Assembly: GCA_964291215.2 (NCBI GenBank) | Contig: OZ219790.1 | Coordinates: forward strand, 1,280,001 to 1,344,000 | DNA: 64,000 nt | Direction of reading: 5' to 3' | From: Alphaproteobacteria bacterium | Lineage (GTDB): Bacteria > Pseudomonadota > Alphaproteobacteria > MPNO01 > UBA830 | Part shown: positions 57,122 to 64,000 of the stretch, piece by piece | Layout of the letters: each line of letters starts with the position of its first letter | Position numbering within the stretch: position 1 is the first letter of the stretch | Notes under the pieces: generated by a model | Seen by the model: only the letters and a program-made list of their open reading frames with translations | Database searches by the model: none | What the model was told of the DNA's origin: nothing | Program-made: the position numbers and the translations under genes

Positions 57122-60119
57122 CTTACCCCCTGGTTCCGGCTTGATGTCGGGGTAGAGCAACGAACGGGTTTTCGTGGAGATTTGACATTGCAGCCCGATT
57201 CGTTCAGTGACGGTCATCGAGAACGACGGGGACCGCCAGTGGGCTACTTTGGATCGAAGGCGACGAGCGGGCTGTGCCAGCTGCTTCCGGGGCTCCAGCC
57301 TCCGCATGATCTGTATGTGAAAACGCATCTCGGAGGCGGCGCGCTGATGAAGCGCAAGGCCGGGTGATGGCGACGGGCGGCGCGCGAGGAGTTCGAAGCG
57401 GCCAAGGCGCTGCGTGCGGCCGGCAAGGTGGCGGAAGAGGCCGTGATCCGCGTCTTCGTCATCCTGCTCGACATCATCATCGTCGTCCTTCTGGAGAAGA
57501 CTACGCACGAGCCGGAACTCCGGTCTGCCGCCGTCACAGACGGACAAGAGCGTGCCGGGAGCAACGGCCCGAAGCCGAACCGGCAGATGGGCGACAACCT
57601 GCGCAAGACCATCGTCGAGGAAACGGTCGCGGCCTGCGACGCCTGCGGCGCCGACATGGACGGCCCCGTCGATCGGGAGCGCCGCACGACATCGTGTTCG
57701 AGGTCGTCGAGCGCCGCGCCGAGATCAAGGAATGCCCGAAGTGCAAGGCCCGGACCAAGGGCCGGTTCCCCGACAACATCCCGTGCAGTACGGCATCGGC
57801 ATTCAGGCCCTCGTCATCAACCTGCTGGTTGCCCAGATGCTGTCCCTGCGCCGTGCCGTCGCGTTCGTGCAGGCGATATCAAGCTCTCCGAGGCCTCGGC
57901 TATGCTTTCACGATGCGTCATGGGAGGAGGCCGCCGTGGCGCACCTCCTGCAACGCCCGATGTCGACGATTTCGGATCAACAGTAAGTGGCTCCATGTCG
58001 TGGGACCCTGACGTGCAAGTTCCCGCACCGCAAGCGCGGCCGGGAGGCAAGAGATCGGCCCGTGCTACAAGGGCGTCCTGGGCCTCGTACATGGGCCAGT
58101 GTAGCCACCAGTTGTGCGGCAGCCACCTGCTGCGCGAACTGACCTTTGTCGTCGAGGCTACCGCGCGACTGATGAAGAGCCTGCTCCCTGCCACAAGGTC
58201 AACAAGAGCGCATCCAAAACCCTGAACGACGCCGGGCGCTACCGCACCATCAGGGCGCCAGGGAACTGCCCGACATCCCGCCGAAAGGAAAACGTGGACG
58301 CAAACGCGCACAACCTGCACGAACGTCTCGTGAAACACGAAAACCTGCGCTTCACAGACGACCATCGCGGTAGGGAACCGGGTTACCCCCCGCACAGAAC
58401 CGGACGTGCGCTGTTCGCTCCTCCCCTGACGACAAGGCGCTGGTTTGGCCACGGGCTCAGTGGGCAGCGGTGAGGGTGTCTATGTCCCCGGTGAAGTCCT
58501 TTTGGGAGCGTCGCCGAAGGGCACGCAGCTGTTTGCATTGGTGTATGAACTTCTGCAGGCTGCTTCCTGGAACGGCGTAGTAGCAGCCGTTGATAACTCA
58601 CCACTTGGCCGTTTCGTGCCGGTTATCGTGCCACCGCCTGCGCAAGGCCTCCTTGATCCGCCGCAGGGTGCCCGTTTGCGACCGACCCTGAACCTGCCTT
58701 TCCTCGTCTGTTCGCAGAAGTGCGTCATGCCGAGGAAGTCGAACGTCTTGCCCTGTCCACGCTTCCGGCGGTTCGCTCTGGCAAACCGACCGAACTCGAT
58801 GATTTTCCGGGTGCAGTTCAAGTGGGCCAGTCTCTCCCCAAGGTCTCAGCGCCGCCCAGATGCTGAAAGCCGCACACGAAGTCGTCCGCATAATGATCGT
58901 GTCGCCTCCAGCCATCCGCTTGCGCCAGTGGTTCTGGAACCAGTCGTACGTAGTGCAGGTTCGCAAGGCATGGCGCCGCCCCTTGCGGCGTTACCTTGCC
59001 AGTCGGTCCCTTCCATGACGCCGGCGTCACTTGATGATCAGACCCCCCGATCCGTTTCCCGAGCATCGCGACCAGATGGTCGCGGTTGTCGAAGGGGCGT
59101 CAACGATCCAGTTGACCTTCCGCCGTTCCACCGTGACGGCGCATGATGCGCCCCGGCCGGAAGCCGTAACTAAACCCGAGGAACTCCGTCTCGCGGCACC
59201 AGAATCACACCGCCCGCTGAAGAATCTTGTCCGAGGCAAGTTGCCCTCCATCCTCCTTGGGTATGTAAACCCCGGAGGCGCCCGGTACGCACCCCTGTGC
59301 ACACGGGCGTGCAGCAGTTCCACACCCTCCGCGTACGCTTGCCACACAACGCCCCGCCGCCGCGTCCTTCCTCAAGGAATGGAACGCATCGTGTAGAACG
59401 TCGACCGTCACGTGGTGGAGTAAAGACGCTCTTCCGGGTTCCTCTTCGCTACCTGCGTTCAGCCGCCTGTGACCCCCGCTTCTGCGCGCGGCGCGGGCCA
59501 ACCGCATTGCCCTTCCCTCCAACAACTCCGCAGGCTCCGAAGAACCCTTGTTCGCCGCCTTCAGCGGTACTATGGCCGAATCTGACTTCTCGTTCATCAT
59601 CGGTTTACGGATTAGTTCCTTTCCTCTGCGGCCCCTCCACGACAGAGGGGCAAGACCTCCCAGGTCCCTGCTTCGGCCCTGGTTCTCGGACCCCGCGGAG
59701 CCCCCCTCACCAACGCGGCTCGTTGCCTTCGGCCACGACCTCGGCACTCCGGTTTCAAAGCATCTCGTGGCTCAATAGCCTGCCGCTCCCCAACGCTTCG
59801 CCTGGCGACGCATGGTTCACGGAGAAATTAGCCTCTCTCGGGACTTGCACCCGGCCACATTTCACCAGTTTGCCTGGCGCACCCAATGTCAGCTTCACCA
59901 ACAATGCCGGAGAACAGAAGATCAGGATGGCAAAGGTCAAGGTGCCCGGATGCTTCCGCTCCACGCAAAAGCATGGTGCCGGAGCTCAAGCTACCTCACC
60001 TCCATGGCCGCACTCGGCTACAACCCACTCGTCGCCACCCAGATCGCCCTCGACGGAAAAGCCGCAGACATCATCAACGAGCACTATGAATCAGAACCCA
60101 ACAAGGGGTGAGTAGATAC
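57122..60119 (+). mobile_element. Decayed single-ORF IS66-family element (copy C) interrupted by a group II intron
   Basis: CDACG and CPKCK Zn finger, HQLCGSHLLREL, FTDDPNVSFTNNAGEQKIRMAKVK; right end GGGGTGAGTAGATAC; left TIR eroded. Confidence 0.85.
58364..59882 (-). mobile_element. Decayed group II intron with frameshifted reverse transcriptase/maturase
   Basis: 5' GTGCG at 59882; 3' domain V/VI ...GCACGTCCGGTTCTGTGCGGGGGG...CCCTACCGCGAT; RT fragments VYIPKEDG, TPQGA, YADDFV, FDFLG; removal rejoins the IS66 frame exactly. Confidence 0.9.
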
Positions 60120-60617
60120 GGTTTGCGCTTCAATAAGCTCTATCCATCCTTGCTGCTCAAGATAGTTATCAAAGAAACCAATCTCTCTATCGCCCTCCGG
60201 AATTAATGCGGATGAGGAAGCCTCGATCCACGACAGAGCTAGGAAAAAATTTTCGGGACTGGATTGATGGCCAATCGCGTGAAAGCCAGAACCTGGATAT
60301 GATTCGAGACCAGCCATAAATCGTAGAAGCCGGTCGGCCCGCTCGCGAACGTGCAATGGGCGGCTTCTCTCGGCATCTTTGATCGTATTCGTGTTCACTT
60401 CTGGGCAATCAATGCCTAAGCGCCGTTGGTTGTTCAGCCATGTGGTCAGACGACCCTTTAAAGAATTATCGCTTTCTCTAATTGTCGCTGTTGCGGATCC
60501 GCTTATGAAATAGAAGCCACCGGCGCGGGGCGAATTGACTTTACATCCATCTCGGTCACCGACGCTGTGGTCAGTTGCTGGCGTTCCCCAGATTGGGCAG
60601 GCAAAATTTTCAGTCAT
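60120..60617 (-). pseudogene. Low-GC hypothetical protein (CPIWGTPA...SPRAGG), 3'-truncated by IS66
   Basis: Start overlaps the stop of the upstream RM fragment; frame runs into the IS66 end. Confidence 0.6.
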
Positions 60618-61320
60618 GCGTTTGTCCTCGCATGGATCATGGTCAATATCGCTGCGATCCGACGAGCCGTATCGGCAAAGTGCTGCACTTCCTCGGGAAA
60701 AAGGGGTCGGCCGAGGACGGCGCGCTCGCGGTAAGACAGCCATTTCTTGAGCACTTGATAGCCGCCCAAGCGGTAAGCCCAGACGGCGGCGGGGACGTTG
60801 CGCCAGAACGCCTCGTCGTTGAGGTGGATGTCGAAGGTCGTGCTGCCGAGGGCGGGTAGGGAATCGTCCAGGCCGGCGCGTTCGGCGGGGGTCAAGGCGC
60901 GCTCGACAGCGTGGCCCTGGCCGGGCATCACGGCGTCGCCTTGGCCGTGGTGGCCCCAGCCCGCCGTTACCGCGAAGTCGGCACCCGTCATGTTGCGCCC
61001 GCCGACAGTGGCGGGGACGGCGAGGGCGGCAATCTCCGAGCGCAGGGGTGCTTGCGTCACGCCGGGAACCGGGGTGTCGGGATCGAGCAGCACGGCGAGT
61101 TCGCGCCCGCGCGCCGCCGACCGAGCGAGTTCCTCCGCCGCGTCCTCGTCGCTACCGTTCGGCCAGCCCGGCAGCGGGATGCGCGGCCACTCCATGCGCA
61201 ATGCCCCAGCATTGGCCTCGCGCCAAGCGGGATCGTGCAGCGTGGCGAGGACGTGGTGGAACAGGTCCTCGACGCCAAGGCCGAGATGTCGGAGGTAACA
61301 GTGCGCCGCCTCGCTCAGAT
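60614..61320 (-). pseudogene. C-terminal fragment of a Type ISP-like restriction-modification enzyme, 5' part lost at IS5
   Basis: EDLFHHVLATLHDP, WPRIPL, WRNVPAAVWAYRLGGYQVLKKWLSYR; the frame does not continue on the far side of IS5. Confidence 0.7.
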
Positions 61321-61322
61321 TA

Positions 61323-62159
61323 GGTCGTGTACCCATAAGGGGTTTCTTCTTCAGCGAAGCTGTGATTCAAGCTCCCAACTTCAGGGAGCGAGGACATGGG
61401 CCGGTACGATCTGACAGACTTCGAATGGCGGGTGATCAAGCCGTTGCTGCCGAACAAGACCCGTGGGGTGCCGCGGGTTGACGACCGGCGGGTGTTGAAC
61501 GGCATTCTGTGGGTGCTTCGCGCGGGGGCGCCGTGGCGAGACCTGCCGGAGCACTACGGGCCTTATACGACCTGCTACAACCGGTTCAACCGCTGGCGCA
61601 AGAAGGGCATCTGGGATCAGTTGATGGATGCGGTGGTGGAGGCTCACGACGGCAATGTGCAAATGATCGACAGTTCGAGCGTCCGGGTTCACCAGCATGC
61701 GGCGGGATCAAAAAAGGGGGTCCGGATCGTTGCATGGGCCGTTCCCGTGGCGGACTGACCACGAAGATCCACGCCGTGTCGGACGTGAGCGGCCTGCCGG
61801 TCCGCTATGACCTCAGCCCCGGCCAGGCGCACGACACCACGGCCGCCGGTGCCATGCTGGCGACCCTGCCGCCCGACAGTTTCCTCGTCGCCGACAAGGC
61901 CTATGACGCCAAATGGATCCGTGACCTGATCGAGCAACACGATGCCGTCCCGATCATCCCCGACCGCGAAGGCGCGAAGACCAGGCACGCTTTCTCCAAA
62001 CCCTTGTATAAATTGCGAAACCGGATCGAACGCGCCTTCAACAAACTCAAGCAGTTCCGCCGCATCGCCACCCGATACGAAAAGCTCGCGGCCAACTTCC
62101 TCGCCATGATCAAGATCGCTACTGTCAGGCTCTGGCTACGCGCTTATGAGTCCACGGCC
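61323..62159 (+). mobile_element. Intact IS5-family IS (IS427-like); two ORFs joined by a programmed -1 frameshift
   Basis: TIRs GGTCGTGTACCCATAA / TTATGAGTCCACGGCC flanked by TA; orfA 61396-61758, A6G at 61710-61716; IDSS, GRSRGG, ADKAYD, RNRIER...RRIATRYEK. Confidence 0.93.
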
Positions 62160-62185
62160 TAACACCGGGCGGCATCCTTTCTGAG

Positions 62186-63160
62186 CTATTTCAGATGTTT
62201 GGCGAAGAACGCAACGGCACGCTCCACCGAGTCTAGGGCTGCCGCTTCATTGCGGCCATAGGTGACACCCCGCCTCATGCAGTCGAGCTTGTATGCTTTT
62301 CGGAGGAATTCTTTGTAGGTAAGGCCCTCGGAAGAGAGGGTTCCAAACTCTACTTCGCCGTCGAGGCGTTGAACGCCGATTGGGCAGTCGGCAAGGGAGC
62401 GTATGTCGCTCCGATAGAGCGATCTGTGGCTTATAAAGTTGTGATGTGCGCCCGGATAGACGACTGTTTCGACTTTGCCGCCTGCTTTCCGCATTTTGTC
62501 CGCCTGCGTCAAGCAGGCATCGTGAGGAGTGACGTTATCGGCTTCGCCAAGCAGCATTAACAGCGGCGCACCTGTCGGCATGTATTGTTCGAAATCGGAG
62601 CCGCACCAAGGATAGAGCGCGACGCCGGCGGCGTAACGGGTCTTGGTTGTTAGAACCGCATCAGCCCACGGCTTATGAGTAGAGCGGATAGTCATCGTGC
62701 CGCCTGCGCTGAGGCCAGAAATGCCGATCCGGTCGGGATCGACACGCGGATGCTTCGCGAGTGATTCCAGCGCCCGCAGGGCGTCTGTGAGGCGCGAGGC
62801 GAAGGATAACTGACCCTGATTTCCGGAGGTGCCTTCGATGTTCCGCGCGGTGAAACTGTCGGCAATGAACAGGCCGATACCTTCTGCGGCCAGCCCGTCA
62901 CGGAGTGCGGCGCGAAACCCCCTTGAGTGCTTGCCATAGGCTGGGCCGCTGCCATGCTGAAAGACAACGACCGGGAACGGTCCTTTGCCTTCGGGAAGCA
63001 TTAACCTTCCTTCCAGAGTTACCGGCTTACCCCATTTGCCGGCGAAGGCGTCTCGCCAAAAGTCGAAATTGGAAGAAGTGTATTTCACAGTTTCCCCGGT
63101 CATTCCTCCACCGCAAGCGGCAAGCAGCATGACGGCGGCTATAGCGAACACAATGCGCAT
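62186..63160 (-). CDS. Dienelactone hydrolase-like alpha/beta hydrolase, predicted lipoprotein
   Basis: Lipobox LAAC; HGSG, GLSAGG, GEADN, YPGAHHNF; lower GC than backbone genes. Confidence 0.85.
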   Translation of the reverse strand: MRIVFAIAAVMLLAACGGGMTGETVKYTSSNFDFWRDAFAGKWGKPVTLEGRLMLPEGKGPFPVVVFQHGSGPAYGKHSRGFRAALRDGLAAEGIGLFIADSFTARNIEGTSGNQGQLSFASRLTDALRALESLAKHPRVDPDRIGISGLSAGGTMTIRSTHKPWADAVLTTKTRYAAGVALYPWCGSDFEQYMPTGAPLLMLLGEADNVTPHDACLTQADKMRKAGGKVETVVYPGAHHNFISHRSLYRSDIRSLADCPIGVQRLDGEVEFGTLSSEGLTYKEFLRKAYKLDCMRRGVTYGRNEAAALDSVERAVAFFAKHLK

Positions 63161-63242
63161 TGGAATCCCTCCCGGTTACCGCCCGGCCGGAATAGCCGGG
63201 CCGTTGTCACTGCTTCCAGTGTATATTTACCAGTGTATATTT

Positions 63243-64000
63243 GTAACTGCTCACCCCCTGGTTCCGGCTTGATGTCGGGGTAGAGTAACGAACGGGTTTT
63301 CGTGAAGATTTGACACTGCAGGCCGATTCGTTTAGTGGTGGTAATCGAGAACGACGGGGACCGCCAGTGGGCTACTTTGGATCGAAGGCGACGAGCGGGC
63401 TGTGCCAGCTGCTTCCGGGGCTCCAGCCCCCGCATGATCTGTATGTGAAAACGCATCTCGGAGGCGGCGCGCTGATGAAGCGCAAGGCCGGGTGATGGCG
63501 ACGGGCGGCGCGCGAGGAGTTCGAAGCGGCCAAGACCGCGGCGCTGCCGGCAAGGTGGCGGAAGAGGCCGTGATCCGCGTCTTCGTCATCCTCATCGTCG
63601 TCCTTCTGGAGAAGACCACGCACGAGCCGGAACTCCGGTCTGCCGCCGTCACAGACGGACAAGGACGAGAGTGTGCCGGGAGCAACGGCGAGGGCCCGAA
63701 GCCGAACCGGCAGATGGGCGACAACCTGCGCAAGATCATCGTCGAGGAAACGGTTGCGGCCTGCGACGCCTGCGGCGCCGACATCGACGGCCCCGTCGAT
63801 CGGGAGCGCCGCACGACATCGTGTTCGAGGTCGTCGAGCGCCGCGCCGAGATCAAGGAATGCCCGAAGTGCAAGGCCCGGGGCCGGTTCCCCGACAACAT
63901 CCCGTGCAGTACGGCATCGGCATCCAGGCCCTCGTTATCAACCTGCTGGTCGCCCAGATGCTGTCCCTGCGCCGTGCCGTCGCGCTCGTGCAGGCGATAT
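63243..64000 (+). mobile_element. Decayed IS66-family element (copy D), runs off the window
   Basis: Intact left end GTAACTGCTCACCCC; homologous to 57122-57879. Confidence 0.88.

Noticed and set aside
56945-57547. Long N-terminal extension of the CoA ligase
   Set aside because: Reads antisense through the IS66 leader; the same peptide recurs at 63139-63456
58364-59882. Retron, DGR or CRISPR-associated RT
   Set aside because: Group II intron termini and seamless exon rejoining explain the RT; no TR/VR pair or cas genes seen
61700-61760. IS5 frameshift as a decay lesion
   Set aside because: A6G slippery site at the usual orfA/orfB junction indicates programmed frameshifting

Overview
GC-rich alphaproteobacterial chromosome (Rhodospirillales-like gene order; the taxon is inferred). 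An intact housekeeping backbone (ychF-pth-rplY-prs-pgeF-methyltransferase-lgt-ubiK, ybjN-like/proC/TetR/csaA, oxyR-katG, phytochelatin synthase-like gene, EnvZ/OmpR-like pair, serC-serA-hisZ-purA, rpoH-rluD, tRNA-Glu) and a block of putative aromatic-catabolism genes (47-57 kb) are interleaved with many mobile elements: ISAs1, ISAzo13, IS630, IS1634, IS256, IS110, IS66, IS1595, IS5, MITEs and a group II intron. The strongest signal is that almost every mobile element is riddled with 3-12 bp deletions, often at short microhomologies, while neighbouring host genes and two apparently recent elements (an IS1595 with passenger genes and an IS5) are intact. Four pairs of sister copies in the window let individual deletions be read directly. 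All family assignments are from motif recognition by eye, not database searches.
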